A stretch of 64,000 nt of DNA, from the sequence record NC_070991.1, one strand, 5' to 3'. This document shows, in pieces, positions 9,090 through 19,914 of this stretch. Made by a program: the position numbers and the translations under genes. Source of the DNA: Escherichia phage vB_EcoP_WFI101126. Under the pieces are notes generated by a model. The model saw nothing but the letters and a program-made list of their open reading frames with translations. It searched no databases and was not told the DNA's origin. Every line of letters starts with the position of its first letter. Position 1 is the first letter of the stretch.

Positions 9090-9842
9090 ATGGCAATGCC
9101 AGATGTTCAATACCCCATCAATACCTATGGGTGGCTAAAGAAGGCCGTGGCCCTCTGGGCAGATAGGGACGATGACGAATTTGTTAATCAAATTCCAAAC
9201 TTTATTAACTTTGCAGAGAAAGAGATTTATCGTAACTTACGTATCCCTCCTCTGGAAAAAGAAGTATATCTCAGTATTAAAAATGGAGTGGCTTTTATCC
9301 CTCCGGATTATTTACAAGCTCAGTGGATGATGAGAGCTAAAGATGGAGCAATATTCCAAGTAACTTCTCCAGAAGAGATAAGCTATCGTAAACAGCATGG
9401 AACAATTAACCCCTCTCACTGGAATAATCAACCTGTTAATTTTGCTCGTTTCGGAAGTCGTTTCTTGTTCTATCCACTGATTGATGCTGATACCCCTGTT
9501 TACCCTGAAGATGGAAGTCCTGCTATTCCAGCAGAGAACTCTGTAATTCTAAGCTATTATGCAGATCCTCCGGAGTTTCACGCAGACGAAGATACTAGTG
9601 CAATACTTACGATTGCTCCAGAACTTCTTCTATACTTTACCCTTAGGCATGCATGTCTTTTTGTTCAGGATGATAACGGTGTTCAAAAATGGTCTGCGTT
9701 AGGTAAGGCTATTCTTGATGAGATGGTTGAGCAAGATAAGAAACAGGAGTACTCAGGCTCTCCTATTGCGATACCTAATAATATGACCAGACTTCAGAGT
9801 AGCCTACCGGATATTTATGGAATACGTACCTCTAGAGTATAA
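9090..9842 (+). CDS. virion structural protein (possible head-tail adaptor)
   Basis: 250 aa; AAGGAGG Shine-Dalgarno; position between capsid and tailspike. Confidence 0.5.
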   Translation: MAMPDVQYPINTYGWLKKAVALWADRDDDEFVNQIPNFINFAEKEIYRNLRIPPLEKEVYLSIKNGVAFIPPDYLQAQWMMRAKDGAIFQVTSPEEISYRKQHGTINPSHWNNQPVNFARFGSRFLFYPLIDADTPVYPEDGSPAIPAENSVILSYYADPPEFHADEDTSAILTIAPELLLYFTLRHACLFVQDDNGVQKWSALGKAILDEMVEQDKKQEYSGSPIAIPNNMTRLQSSLPDIYGIRTSRV

Positions 9843-9851
9843 GGAGATTTT

Positions 9852-12800
9852 ATGATCAGTTACAACAACTCAGCACCTAATGCAGTTAATAACGTAGGTC
9901 AGTTTGGTGCTACAGAAGGCTCTATCGGTGCTTACAAATCAGCAGCTGAATATGCATCTGATTCCAAGTATTGGGCGATGCTTTCTCAAAAGAACTATAA
10001 CAACATTGGTGAGATTCTTAAAGAAGTAGAAAGACTTTATGCAGAAGGTAATTTATTAAAAGAAGATATTGAACAACTCAAATCTGATTTTGAAAACCAA
10101 AACCAAATACTTCTCGGACTCATTCAGCAAACCGGTGAAGCCATTGACAACACTAATACTGCTATTGGCGAAGCTAATGCAGCAACAGATCGAGCTAACC
10201 AAGCAGTGCAAGATGTTCTTGCTCAATTAGATAAGATTTCTAACATGTCTGTTGTTGCTACAACCCTTCCTCCGGGAACCCCTGCAACTGGGAGTTTTGA
10301 TAACAGTACAGGTGTTTTCTCTTTTGGTATCCCCGAAGGACAACCCGGTAAAGACGGCAAAGATGGAACGGACGGTACAATCTCTGATATTGGGGATGTT
10401 GCCATAAGCACCCCTGTGTCTGATGATTACGGATTCTTTGTGGATAAAGATGATGGTGGTTTGTATCGAACTCCGATGAGTGAGATCGCTAAGTTAGTTC
10501 CGGCAGTGACCAGTTTCAATGGTCGTACTGGTCCTGTTGTTCCAGCTGCTGGAGACTACACAGTAAGTCAAGTTACTGGCGCAGCTGCTTCTGGTGTTAA
10601 CAACGATATTAACCAGATTCGCGGGTTAACCACTGCCTTATCTGTAGCTCAGGGTGGTACAGGTGCTAAGAATGCAGATGACGCTAGAACTAACCTATCT
10701 GCAATGCTTGACTCTAAAACAGGGCTTGACGGAACAACAAATCTCAATGACTTAAATGGATTAAAAGCTGGGTTTTATTACCAACCTGCTTCTGCTAATG
10801 CAAAACCAGAACTTAACTACCCTACACAACTGGCAGGTTCTTTAGTAGTAGTCAAGACAGGTGCAGGTACAGGATATTCATGTAAGCAGGTTTATAGTTT
10901 ATACAACAACCCTAACGTAACCTACTCTCGTGTACTTAACGCCAGTGCAGGCCCAACCTCTCCTTGGTCTGAATGGGTAAGACATGTGGCCCTAAGTAGA
11001 GTAGAAGAGGGATCTTCCGCTACTTACATGTACTCCTCTTACGCTCCGGATGCTCCTAGACTTCAGGTTTGGACTAGTGGTTTGTGGGGGTGTCATAACG
11101 GTACTAACTGGGTTCCTTTGTCCTTAGCTCAAGGTGGCACTGGAGCAACATCAGCAGCTGGTGCTCGAGCTATTTTAAACTTGGATAGGTTTGTAGCAAC
11201 AGCATCAGAAACTCAGATGCTCTCCTCTTCTGGAGACAAGAAGGTTTTCATTAACAGTAATAATAACACATGGGGATGTTATGACATTACCAACTCTCGC
11301 TTTATCCCACTAGGGATCAATCAGGGAGGTACTGGAGCAACCACTGCTGATGCAGCTCGTATGTCTCTTGTTGCTGCTAAGAGTGGTGCTAACTCTGACA
11401 TAACCTCTATGACTAATGTGGTTAATTTCACTCAGTCTCCAACAATCCCCGATGCAGTGTCTTCTAATGAGCCTGTTGCTCTTGGGCAACTTTCCACAGA
11501 AACTGCCGCTTTGGATACGAAGATAACAGAAGCTAAGGATGCTGCTGCTGCTGCTAACACTAATGCTAATAGCAGAGTTCTCACTTCACAACTATCAGAT
11601 ACATCTGAAGTTGCTCAAGGGGACGCTTTAGTGGGGGTTATGGCTCCTTTTACTGGTGCTACTGCTCGTACTCAGCATGATAAAAACCTTGATGTGATCT
11701 CTATAGCTGACTTTGGTGGTGGTACAAACTGGTCAGATAACGGTCCAGCTCTTCAGAGAGCAATCACATATGCAGCTTCTGCATCTGGTAACAACCGTGG
11801 TATGGTTTATATCCCTCCGGGAGTGTGGAATTTCACTTCTGGCGTAACTGTTCCGGGTAACGTTTCTATTAAAGGGGCTGGGGTTGGTTCAACCCAATTA
11901 AAAATAAATTCTGCTAACTTAGTTTTATTTGATGTTGGTAACGGAACCAATAACCCGAACAACGTCAGTATCTCTGATTTACATGTTCTTGTAAGTTCCA
12001 CTTGCACAGCAAACCCTTTATTCCGTTTTAGAAATGGATATAATTGTGGTATTGATAACATCCGTGTTGATGGGCCTTGGTATGACCTTATCCACTTCCG
12101 TGGTGGTGCTGCTCAGTTCGTCTACCGAGTCTCGGATAGTATCCTAAACGGTACTTCAGCTAGCCGTCATACGATTACCATTGGTGAATCTTCATCAGAC
12201 GGTGTTGTTCAAGATGTTTTCTTAACAAACTTAGTCCTTGGTGGAAGAACTACCGGATACGGTGTTTATGAAAAATACTCTTCTGGAGTTTATGCGACTA
12301 ATGTTGATTCTCTCAACGTTAACGTAGGTTGGGCTTGGGAACCTGCTACTGGATGTTACTGTAAAGGAAGTTTCTACACTGCAATTCTTGGTGATACTAA
12401 CTCTACAGCTGGTCTTAGAATTAGACCTCAGGCTGGTACAACAGTTAATGACTTAACTTTCAATGGATGTTGGGTAAGTTCCGCTGGGTCTAACAGTTCT
12501 CATCATGGTTTGATCATTGATAGTTCTGCTGGTACTGTAGCAAACATTAGCTTTAATGGTTTAACTGCTGTGAACAACAAAGGTCATGGTGTCTACATTA
12601 ATGGATCTACTACTGGATACGGTTATGAGTTCACAAACCTTAGTGTCTCTAATAACAGTCAAGCTGGTGCTTCTCTGTGTAGTGGTATGAAAATTGTAGC
12701 CGGTTCTTCTCACATAAACATTTCTAATGGTCATGCGGGTGGTACTCTTGGTTTAGGTACAAACAACCAAGCCTATGGTATTGACGTTGAGGCTGGTACT

Positions 12801-13142
12801 GGCAACTCTATTAAAATTGTAAACATGGAGATGCACAATAACAAGCTCGGGGCTATGAATTTTGGGGCAACCGGTCCTTACAACAGGATTGAAGGGTGTT
12901 CACCTTTTAGAACCAGGATGAAAGGGGCAGTAGAGCTTAAAAATGGTACATCCTCTATTACAGTAAACCCAGGTTTGAACAGACCATTTGGTGGTGCTGA
13001 TGTTCAGGTTACTCCTACTACAGATCTAGGCGCTTTGCGTTATTGGGTTACTCAGAGTGGTAACAGCTTTACTATCAACACCAACGCTAATGTCAGTGGG
13101 GGTCAATGGTTCTCTTGGGCTGTTGATGCATCTTATAGTTAA
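9852..13142 (+). CDS. tailspike / tail fiber with pectate-lyase-like beta-helix domain
   Basis: 1096 aa; N-terminal coiled coil; three repeats around QGGTGA (LSVAQGGTGAK, LSLAQGGTGAT, GINQGGTGAT); IADFGGGTNWSDNGPALQRAI...GMVYIPPGVW typical of beta-helix depolymerase tailspikes. Confidence 0.75.
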   Translation: MISYNNSAPNAVNNVGQFGATEGSIGAYKSAAEYASDSKYWAMLSQKNYNNIGEILKEVERLYAEGNLLKEDIEQLKSDFENQNQILLGLIQQTGEAIDNTNTAIGEANAATDRANQAVQDVLAQLDKISNMSVVATTLPPGTPATGSFDNSTGVFSFGIPEGQPGKDGKDGTDGTISDIGDVAISTPVSDDYGFFVDKDDGGLYRTPMSEIAKLVPAVTSFNGRTGPVVPAAGDYTVSQVTGAAASGVNNDINQIRGLTTALSVAQGGTGAKNADDARTNLSAMLDSKTGLDGTTNLNDLNGLKAGFYYQPASANAKPELNYPTQLAGSLVVVKTGAGTGYSCKQVYSLYNNPNVTYSRVLNASAGPTSPWSEWVRHVALSRVEEGSSATYMYSSYAPDAPRLQVWTSGLWGCHNGTNWVPLSLAQGGTGATSAAGARAILNLDRFVATASETQMLSSSGDKKVFINSNNNTWGCYDITNSRFIPLGINQGGTGATTADAARMSLVAAKSGANSDITSMTNVVNFTQSPTIPDAVSSNEPVALGQLSTETAALDTKITEAKDAAAAANTNANSRVLTSQLSDTSEVAQGDALVGVMAPFTGATARTQHDKNLDVISIADFGGGTNWSDNGPALQRAITYAASASGNNRGMVYIPPGVWNFTSGVTVPGNVSIKGAGVGSTQLKINSANLVLFDVGNGTNNPNNVSISDLHVLVSSTCTANPLFRFRNGYNCGIDNIRVDGPWYDLIHFRGGAAQFVYRVSDSILNGTSASRHTITIGESSSDGVVQDVFLTNLVLGGRTTGYGVYEKYSSGVYATNVDSLNVNVGWAWEPATGCYCKGSFYTAILGDTNSTAGLRIRPQAGTTVNDLTFNGCWVSSAGSNSSHHGLIIDSSAGTVANISFNGLTAVNNKGHGVYINGSTTGYGYEFTNLSVSNNSQAGASLCSGMKIVAGSSHINISNGHAGGTLGLGTNNQAYGIDVEAGTGNSIKIVNMEMHNNKLGAMNFGATGPYNRIEGCSPFRTRMKGAVELKNGTSSITVNPGLNRPFGGADVQVTPTTDLGALRYWVTQSGNSFTINTNANVSGGQWFSWAVDASYS

Positions 13143-13150
13143 TTCTAATA

Positions 13151-13169
13151 ACCCTCTTCGGAGGGTTTT
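13151..13169 (+). terminator. terminator-like hairpin CCCTC/GAGGG with TTCG loop and short T-run
   Basis: Read directly, after stop at 13142. Confidence 0.45.
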
Positions 13170-13238
13170 AGTAGTACTTAAGTGCTACAGCTAATGAATT
13201 CAATATGGATGAAAGGTTAATATATAGGAGACACTAAG

Positions 13239-13457
13239 ATGAAAATGATGAAACAAGCTGTATATGGTTTAGTTTGCTTAGGGGCTGGGGTTGCTGTATC
13301 AACAGCAGTTCCTGTTAGTGCAGTCCATCCATTAGTCACTACCCCTGCTCCAGTGGAGAAACTTAGTTCACAATGCAAGCAGCGAACCATTCAAAACAAC
13401 TTGGTTGTTATTTGCCCTGATGCTGAATCTAACGCTCTGAGAAAGATACTACCTTAA
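13239..13457 (+). CDS. small protein with N-terminal hydrophobic segment, directly upstream of endolysin (lysis-associated candidate)
   Basis: 72 aa; single hydrophobic stretch LVCLGAGVAVSTAVPVSAV; GGAG Shine-Dalgarno. Confidence 0.4.
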   Translation: MKMMKQAVYGLVCLGAGVAVSTAVPVSAVHPLVTTPAPVEKLSSQCKQRTIQNNLVVICPDAESNALRKILP

Positions 13458-13486
13458 TTTAAAGGGACCATGAAAGGAGGTTAGAA

Positions 13487-13978
13487 ATGGATAACGTCGC
13501 ATTGCCACCTGTACAACTAAACTTAAGCCCAGCTGGAATGGAATTCATCATGAAGCATGAGGGTATGAGAACCAAGGCTTATAAAGATTCCGCAGGTATC
13601 TGGACGATTTGTGTAGGGGCTACGCGCGATATGAATGGTTATCCGGTTAGGCAAGGATTAACATATTCTATAGAGGATTGTCTAGCTCTGCTAGATAGAG
13701 ACACACAAGACTCTGTTCGTGCTACTCAGAAAAATATAAAGGTTCCTTTGCTCATTCATGAGTTCGATGCACTCACCTCTTTCAACTTTAATGTTGGTAG
13801 TGGGGCACTGAGCACATCTAAGCTAAGGAAAGTTATCAATGGAGATGTTAAGGGTGATATATACTCAGAATTTCTACGTTGGGATAAAATTACGGTGAAA
13901 GGAGAGAAGCGGAGAAGTCAGGGTCTTCATAACAGAAGGGTTGCGGAAGCTGATCTTTATACCGAAGGTAAATATTAA
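13487..13978 (+). CDS. endolysin, T4-lysozyme-like (GH24) muramidase
   Basis: 163 aa; FIMKHEGMRTKAYKDSAGIWTICVGAT matches the lysozyme E...D...T catalytic region; no N-terminal signal-anchor. Confidence 0.85.
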   Translation: MDNVALPPVQLNLSPAGMEFIMKHEGMRTKAYKDSAGIWTICVGATRDMNGYPVRQGLTYSIEDCLALLDRDTQDSVRATQKNIKVPLLIHEFDALTSFNFNVGSGALSTSKLRKVINGDVKGDIYSEFLRWDKITVKGEKRRSQGLHNRRVAEADLYTEGKY

Positions 13979-13990
13979 TGGAGGTGCCTT

Positions 13991-14794
13991 TTGGCTATTG
14001 AAACTAATGCGGTCGTGATTACCGACCTGAACCCGCTCTATCCCAGAGATAGGGATTATATCTACGAAGGGGCGGCCCAAATCCGCCTCATTAAACAAAC
14101 ATTAAAGAACACATTCCCTAATGTCACTGAGCCTGTTGAGATTGATTCTGATACCTTTAAGATTATGTCAGAGAAACTCAAATTCACTGGTGATGCGATG
14201 GATGTTGGCGGTCTTATGATTAAGAATGCTGCTCCGGGAACTGGAGATAAAGATGTTGTTACTAAAGGCCAGATGGAGGCTTTTATGAACAACTGGATGG
14301 AAAATAAAGTATTCCGTATTGGGTCTTACTATATCACTGAAGAAGATGTTAATCCGGGTGATTCTATCTCTCTTGGGTTTGGCTCTTGGGCTAAAGTTAC
14401 TGGCGTTATCATGGGTACTGGTGTGGTCAACCCTGATGGTACAGTTCCTAATGCCTCTAGGGTTGAGTTTACTTCTGGGGCTACTGGTGGTAGGATCTTC
14501 AACACAGTTCAGACAGAGAACTTACCGTTGATGACTATTAATGGTTCGAGCTTTTCTGTTTCCAGTAACACTCACGCACACAACATTAACTTTGGTCGTG
14601 GGGATGCTAGCGGTCACAACAGTTCCCCTAACTGGTATAGTCCCGGTTCTGGATTTACCCACAGAACAGAGTCTGATACTCACACCCACACAATATCTGG
14701 TTCTGTTAGTTTTGGACGTGACGACATATCTCGTCAACCTATTAACACTTTGCCACCATTCAGAGCGGCTCACATTTGGAGACGTATTAGCTAA
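13991..14794 (+). CDS. tail fiber-like / tail-associated protein (TTG start)
   Basis: 267 aa; GGAGG 6 nt upstream of TTG; Gly/Ser/Thr/Asn-rich, fiber-like composition. Confidence 0.5.
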   Translation: MAIETNAVVITDLNPLYPRDRDYIYEGAAQIRLIKQTLKNTFPNVTEPVEIDSDTFKIMSEKLKFTGDAMDVGGLMIKNAAPGTGDKDVVTKGQMEAFMNNWMENKVFRIGSYYITEEDVNPGDSISLGFGSWAKVTGVIMGTGVVNPDGTVPNASRVEFTSGATGGRIFNTVQTENLPLMTINGSSFSVSSNTHAHNINFGRGDASGHNSSPNWYSPGSGFTHRTESDTHTHTISGSVSFGRDDISRQPINTLPPFRAAHIWRRIS

Positions 14795-14803
14795 GGAGGA
14801 ATT

Positions 14804-17800
14804 ATGGCGTTGTATCCAATAAAATCACTCGGTGCTGTCGGTGTTATTGCTGACCAAGCACCTACTGATTTAGCTCCTAATGCTTTCACTAACGCTATAA
14901 ACGCTCGGTTTGTTGAGCAGAGAGTTTTTAAGACGGGGGGCAACGCCCCTCTTTCTTACGTAGATGAAGATAAAGACTTAACCCCTCTGTCTTTCATATC
15001 TATGCCTTTCGATTACTATAGTGCAGGTAATAGCTTTCTTATTGTAGGCACTGACAAGAAGCTATATAAACTGACAGATGAAAGCTTGACTGATATCAGC
15101 AGAAAAGTCGCTACGGTGACTAAAAAAGCCTCTGCTACTATCAAAATATATCCTGTGGTCTCTAGGATTACTCCTAAAGAGTCTACTATTTCCATGAACT
15201 TCAATCAAACTAAATCTTTAGAAGTTACAATCTCTCCGGAAGATGCTAATAACCCTGAACTTGTTTGGAGTGTTAGTAACTCTTCTTACGGTCAGATTAC
15301 TGTAGACCCTACTGACTCCAAGAAAGCCTCTTTAACCTCTTTGAATAAAGAAGGCAATCTCGTAGTTACAGTTCAGACTAAAGACGAGTCTGTATCAGCT
15401 CAAATTGCTGTCAACATCATCGATGGAGATTCAGGTATCTTCTTGAGTCAAGATACTGTAACAGTTCGTAAAGGTGGTAATACCACAATAACTGCGGTGA
15501 CTGGTAAAACTCCTGTAAGTTGGTCCACTACTAACGGTTCTATCGTTTCTGTGACTCCTAATGCTAACACACTCACGGCAGTGCTTGTTGCTAATGGAGA
15601 AGGAACAGCAACTATCACAGCGGATAACGGAACTAAAACTGCATCATGCGTTGTTAATGTAATACCACAGATTGACAGTATCACTCTGAGTCAAACAGAT
15701 GTTACCATTAACAGAGGGACTCAATATATTCTTACAGCTACAGTATCTCCAACGAATGCTCCTAATAAAAACATAACATGGACTTCCTCTAACCCGAATA
15801 TTGCTACAATATCTGGTACAGGTACAGAGGCAACCATTACTGCGATTACAGCTGGCTTCACTGAGATTACCGCTACTACTCAAGAAGGCAGCAGAACCGC
15901 TGTCTGTACAGTTCGTGTAGATTTGTCTGGAAGGATGATGAGAACCTCTCTTATGGCTATGTCTTCTACTGAACCAGATGCTCCAGAAGTGGTTGAGGAT
16001 GTAGTAGTTCCTGAGTCAGAAGAGGTTTTGTATTTTGCATCACCTTCCTCTGGGATAGATACTACTGGAATGTCTGAAGGGAATAGCTTCTATGATTATT
16101 CAAACGTGGATGACATGGAGGGTTTTGCAAGAGCTTCTCTTTTTGCCACCCCTTTAGATTCTGTAACGTTAGATGTAGTTAGTGCTTCTTTGGATGTAGG
16201 AGAGGAGATTGTTATTACAGCTACAGCTTCTCCAGAGGGTGATTATTCTTACTTGTGGTCTGTTGATAAGACTGGGTATGTATCGACTACTTCTGTAACT
16301 GGCAAGTCTATCAAACTTACAGCTCTTCGTAAAGGTGAGATTAACATAACATGTTCTGTCAGTCAAATGACACAGAGGGATTATGATGCGTTTGATGATT
16401 ACCCTTGGTATCATGCTGTTATATCAAACTGTGTTGTTGCTACTACTCACTATGAAACCCCTCAAGTAAAAGAGTTCGAATCTGAATATTTTACCGATCT
16501 TCCGGGATGGGGAGAACAAACAGTAGTGGATAACGATGGGAACCCCTCGGTTAAGAAGTTCAACTGGAAGTGTGAAAGGGTTCGCTCTTTTAATAACAGA
16601 CTCTTTGCTCTGAATATGAGGGAGTCAAACGCTTCTGGTGTTACAACTAACTACCCGCTCCGTCTTCGTTGGTCTAATTTTGCTAATGAGAACAAAGCTC
16701 CTACACTGTGGGATGACTTTGCCTATGATCGTTTAGTAACATCTGACTTAGCTTCGAATATAGTGGGACAGACTGAGGCTCTGGAAAATGGTTATGCTGG
16801 TTACATTGATTTAGCAGACTCTAACGGGAGTTTAATTGATATCCTACCTCTTAAAGATTACTTGTTCGTTTACACAGAGTTTGAAACGTACATTGGTTCT
16901 CCAACTAATAACACGTATCAACCACTGATGTTCAAGAAACTCTTTAATGACTCTGGTATCCTTGCCCCTGAGTGTGTAGTAGAAGTTGAAGGCAGTCACT
17001 TCGTTGTTACTCAGAACGACGTGATTCTACACAACGGTGCAACTAAGAAGTCAATTGCTTCCAACCGTGTCAAGAATATGTTGATTAATGAGATATGTCT
17101 GGTCAACCCGTTAGCTACCAGAGTTCACTTACATCAAGATAAAAAAGAGGTTTGGATTCTTTATGTAGGTCCGGGAGAGCCTAAGGAAAGCTATGCTTGT
17201 ACTAAAGCTGCTGTATGGAATTACGAGTTTGATACTTGGTCTTTCCGTACAATACCTTACGCTCAGTGTATTGGTTTGGTTGATCCCCCTGTTCTTGAGA
17301 GAGGTCCAATCTGGGCTGATTTCCAAGAAATCTCTTGGGATGATCCGTCAATAAAAGAGCTAGTCTGGAGGAAAGATGCAACAAACTTCCGTCAGAGGAT
17401 AACCATAGTAGGTTCTTTCTTACGTGGATTCTATCAAGTGGATATTGGTGCTTTAGATTATTTCTATGATAGACTCAATGATACTGTTATAGAAAAACCC
17501 TTGGAGATGAGGTTAGAGAGAACAGGCATTGATTTTGATAATGTCACTAATGAATGGAATCAGAAGCATGTCAACAGATTCAGACCTCAAACAACAGGTT
17601 CTGGAACTTATGTATTCGAAGCAGGAGGCAGTCAATTCTCAAACGAATATGGTCATCCACACACATCTAAAACATACACAATCGGTGTTGATAGGCATGT
17701 CTCTGTGAGACTGAACCATCCATACCTTTTCTATAATGTTATAGATAATGATGTTAACAGTAATGCTGCTATCAATGGTTTAACGATAGAGTTTGCTGTT

Positions 17801-17815
17801 GGCGGGCGGAGATAA
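14804..17815 (+). CDS. large tail structural protein with multiple bacterial Ig-like (Big_2) domains
   Basis: 1003 aa; repeated Big_2-like segments (e.g. ITLSQTDVTINRGTQYILTATVSPTNAPNKNITWTSSNPNIATISGTGTEATITA). Confidence 0.65.
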   Translation: MALYPIKSLGAVGVIADQAPTDLAPNAFTNAINARFVEQRVFKTGGNAPLSYVDEDKDLTPLSFISMPFDYYSAGNSFLIVGTDKKLYKLTDESLTDISRKVATVTKKASATIKIYPVVSRITPKESTISMNFNQTKSLEVTISPEDANNPELVWSVSNSSYGQITVDPTDSKKASLTSLNKEGNLVVTVQTKDESVSAQIAVNIIDGDSGIFLSQDTVTVRKGGNTTITAVTGKTPVSWSTTNGSIVSVTPNANTLTAVLVANGEGTATITADNGTKTASCVVNVIPQIDSITLSQTDVTINRGTQYILTATVSPTNAPNKNITWTSSNPNIATISGTGTEATITAITAGFTEITATTQEGSRTAVCTVRVDLSGRMMRTSLMAMSSTEPDAPEVVEDVVVPESEEVLYFASPSSGIDTTGMSEGNSFYDYSNVDDMEGFARASLFATPLDSVTLDVVSASLDVGEEIVITATASPEGDYSYLWSVDKTGYVSTTSVTGKSIKLTALRKGEINITCSVSQMTQRDYDAFDDYPWYHAVISNCVVATTHYETPQVKEFESEYFTDLPGWGEQTVVDNDGNPSVKKFNWKCERVRSFNNRLFALNMRESNASGVTTNYPLRLRWSNFANENKAPTLWDDFAYDRLVTSDLASNIVGQTEALENGYAGYIDLADSNGSLIDILPLKDYLFVYTEFETYIGSPTNNTYQPLMFKKLFNDSGILAPECVVEVEGSHFVVTQNDVILHNGATKKSIASNRVKNMLINEICLVNPLATRVHLHQDKKEVWILYVGPGEPKESYACTKAAVWNYEFDTWSFRTIPYAQCIGLVDPPVLERGPIWADFQEISWDDPSIKELVWRKDATNFRQRITIVGSFLRGFYQVDIGALDYFYDRLNDTVIEKPLEMRLERTGIDFDNVTNEWNQKHVNRFRPQTTGSGTYVFEAGGSQFSNEYGHPHTSKTYTIGVDRHVSVRLNHPYLFYNVIDNDVNSNAAINGLTIEFAVGGRR

Positions 17816-17820
17816 CAACA

Positions 17821-17848
17821 AGGGGCTTCGTGCCCCTTTTATTGTTTT
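17821..17848 (+). terminator. intrinsic terminator GGGGC/GCCCC with T-rich tail
   Basis: Read directly, 6 nt after stop at 17815. Confidence 0.6.
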
Positions 17849-17858
17849 GGAGGAACTT

Positions 17859-18869
17859 ATGGGTGCAGGTGGTTTTCGTAAGAACACAGGTCGCAACAAC
17901 ACCACACTCCCGTACAACGTTGGGTTTCTCAATAATGTACAGGATACAGAAAATTATAACGTGGCTGTGTATGATGAACTACAGAAAGTAAGCACAGCTA
18001 CTAATCAGATGTTCCAAGCTATAGATGAGATTCATGATGAAATTGATGTTCGTATCAAAGCTCTAAATGCGATGAATCTACAGTTTGATGAACTTGAGAA
18101 TAGAATCACTACAGAGATTGAAACTGCTATTGCAGATATTCAAACACAGATGGGTAATCTATCCACTGATGACATTTGGGATAACTCAGTACAACCACCT
18201 GTCAAGCTTGAAAGTTCTATTTCAGGGATTAAGACGAGCATTGAAGGGAATGACTTAAAGATTCAAACTGTTCAAGGCATCGTCAATGATCAAGGGGAGG
18301 AGATAGCTCTAGTCCAAACAGAACTGACTTCACAGGGGCAACAGATTACAGATGTTGATGGAAGAGTTACTACAGTACAAAACTCTCTTTCTCAATATAT
18401 GAAGTTATCCGAATATGAAGCCACTTGGGGTGTCAACTCTTCTGTAAACGGAAAATATGCTGGGGTTAAATTGACTAACAATGGAGTTAACAGCAAGTTC
18501 CAAGTAACAGCAGATAAGTTTGTTGTTGGTAATGGAACAACAGGGAACACTCCTTTTGTTTTTGAAAATGGTAGAGCAAAGATGGAGTTTGCTGATATAA
18601 AAAATGTCAACATAACTACTGCTCAGGTCGCTAATGCTAGAATACAGTGGGCCCAAATTGATAATGTCAACATCACAAACGCACAAATTCAGAGTTTGTC
18701 CGCTGATAAAATTACAGCTGGTTCTATGAGTGGGTCTAATTGGAGACTAACTGTTGGTGGTGATTTTGTCTTGGGTGGTACGGGTGGTTCTCAATTATGG
18801 ATGAATGGAAGCAGAATGGATTTTTATGATGGAAGTGGTGTTCTCAGAATAAGAATAGGGAGTTGGTAA
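17859..18869 (+). CDS. tail fiber-like structural protein (start corrected from track 17793 to ATG 17859)
   Basis: GGAGGAA Shine-Dalgarno before ATG 17859; track start lies inside upstream gene and terminator; coiled-coil N-terminus. Confidence 0.5.
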   Translation: MGAGGFRKNTGRNNTTLPYNVGFLNNVQDTENYNVAVYDELQKVSTATNQMFQAIDEIHDEIDVRIKALNAMNLQFDELENRITTEIETAIADIQTQMGNLSTDDIWDNSVQPPVKLESSISGIKTSIEGNDLKIQTVQGIVNDQGEEIALVQTELTSQGQQITDVDGRVTTVQNSLSQYMKLSEYEATWGVNSSVNGKYAGVKLTNNGVNSKFQVTADKFVVGNGTTGNTPFVFENGRAKMEFADIKNVNITTAQVANARIQWAQIDNVNITNAQIQSLSADKITAGSMSGSNWRLTVGGDFVLGGTGGSQLWMNGSRMDFYDGSGVLRIRIGSW

Positions 18870-18870
18870 C

Positions 18871-19905
18871 ATGGCTTATGGAATATGGACAAGACCTGCT
18901 GGACCTGGACCTGCGGCAGCTTCTGACATTTATATTGACAGCAATACAACTTTCCCACAACTTAAGAATAGGGTTAGTGGTAATTATAACTTTAATGGGG
19001 GCAGTAGAGATTTCCCTATTTCTGGATGGGATGGCTCAGGCCAAATCGTTGTAGTCCCTACCGGCTCTTTGTGTTGGCAATGGGAAGTCCCTCCTAACCT
19101 CGTCCCTGATGTGTATGTTGTAAACAATATCAGTATTGTAAATAACTCAACTTTCAGGGTTAGCATAAACATGAATCCCGGAAGTAACCCGCTGTTTGAC
19201 GTGGCTTTCAATGTATATCAAATATGGCCTAGAGCCAATAGAAACTATGGTATAACCTTTTCAAACACAGCTGATTACTTCTCTATATCAGATGCTGGAG
19301 TTGTTGGTCAATGCATTTGGGCTTGGGAAGGAAATATTAATGGCTCTATGCAAGTTCCTGCCATTAGTGGTTTTGATATGTCAAGAGCTTCGGTATTTGC
19401 TAACTGGTCTGGAGGGCAAGGTTTACTATACGATGCAGGTAGTCGTAATATCAGAGTTTATCAAAATAGAACATACGACAATGGAAACAACAACCAAACA
19501 GGTACAATTAACAATGTTAGGGTTGCAGTATTCTGTGATGGGGCTGGAGTCCCTACGCACAACGGTGGATTGAATATCTACTCACCTAATGGTTCTCAAT
19601 GCGTATTTTCTACTTACAGGACGCCTTTTATAGTTGATCGTTTTATGGCTATGAGTGGAGGGGATACTGGATTATCATACCCTATGATTCCTCTGACAAA
19701 TGGGGCTGGTTCGATTAGAGGTCAAGCTGGTAGTTGGTATTTCCAACACGCAAGATCCCATATAATGAACGGGTCTTCTTTTGGCACAGGGTATGGTCGA
19801 TATATGTTCCAGTGGGATAGAAGTTACGATATGGGTGGTGGTGGAGCTATCTCCCTTCAGGTTCCAGTGCTAGATGCTAGGAAGATTTTTAGAAGCATAC
19901 AATAA
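18871..19905 (+). CDS. virion structural protein (possible receptor-binding/tail tip)
   Basis: 344 aa; Gly/Asn/Ser-rich; position within tail gene block. Confidence 0.45.
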   Translation: MAYGIWTRPAGPGPAAASDIYIDSNTTFPQLKNRVSGNYNFNGGSRDFPISGWDGSGQIVVVPTGSLCWQWEVPPNLVPDVYVVNNISIVNNSTFRVSINMNPGSNPLFDVAFNVYQIWPRANRNYGITFSNTADYFSISDAGVVGQCIWAWEGNINGSMQVPAISGFDMSRASVFANWSGGQGLLYDAGSRNIRVYQNRTYDNGNNNQTGTINNVRVAVFCDGAGVPTHNGGLNIYSPNGSQCVFSTYRTPFIVDRFMAMSGGDTGLSYPMIPLTNGAGSIRGQAGSWYFQHARSHIMNGSSFGTGYGRYMFQWDRSYDMGGGGAISLQVPVLDARKIFRSIQ

Positions 19906-19914
19906 GGAGAACTT

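Noticed and set aside
14062-14822. Overlapping plus and minus ORFs (14062..14292, 14319..14531, 14522..14773, 14541..14822) within the tail fiber-like gene
   Set aside because: Nested in a longer ORF with a good Shine-Dalgarno; repetitive Leu/Val-rich translations.
17793-17858. Track start codon at 17793 for the gene ending 18869
   Set aside because: Would overlap the upstream gene and run through a terminator hairpin; ATG 17859 has a strong Shine-Dalgarno.
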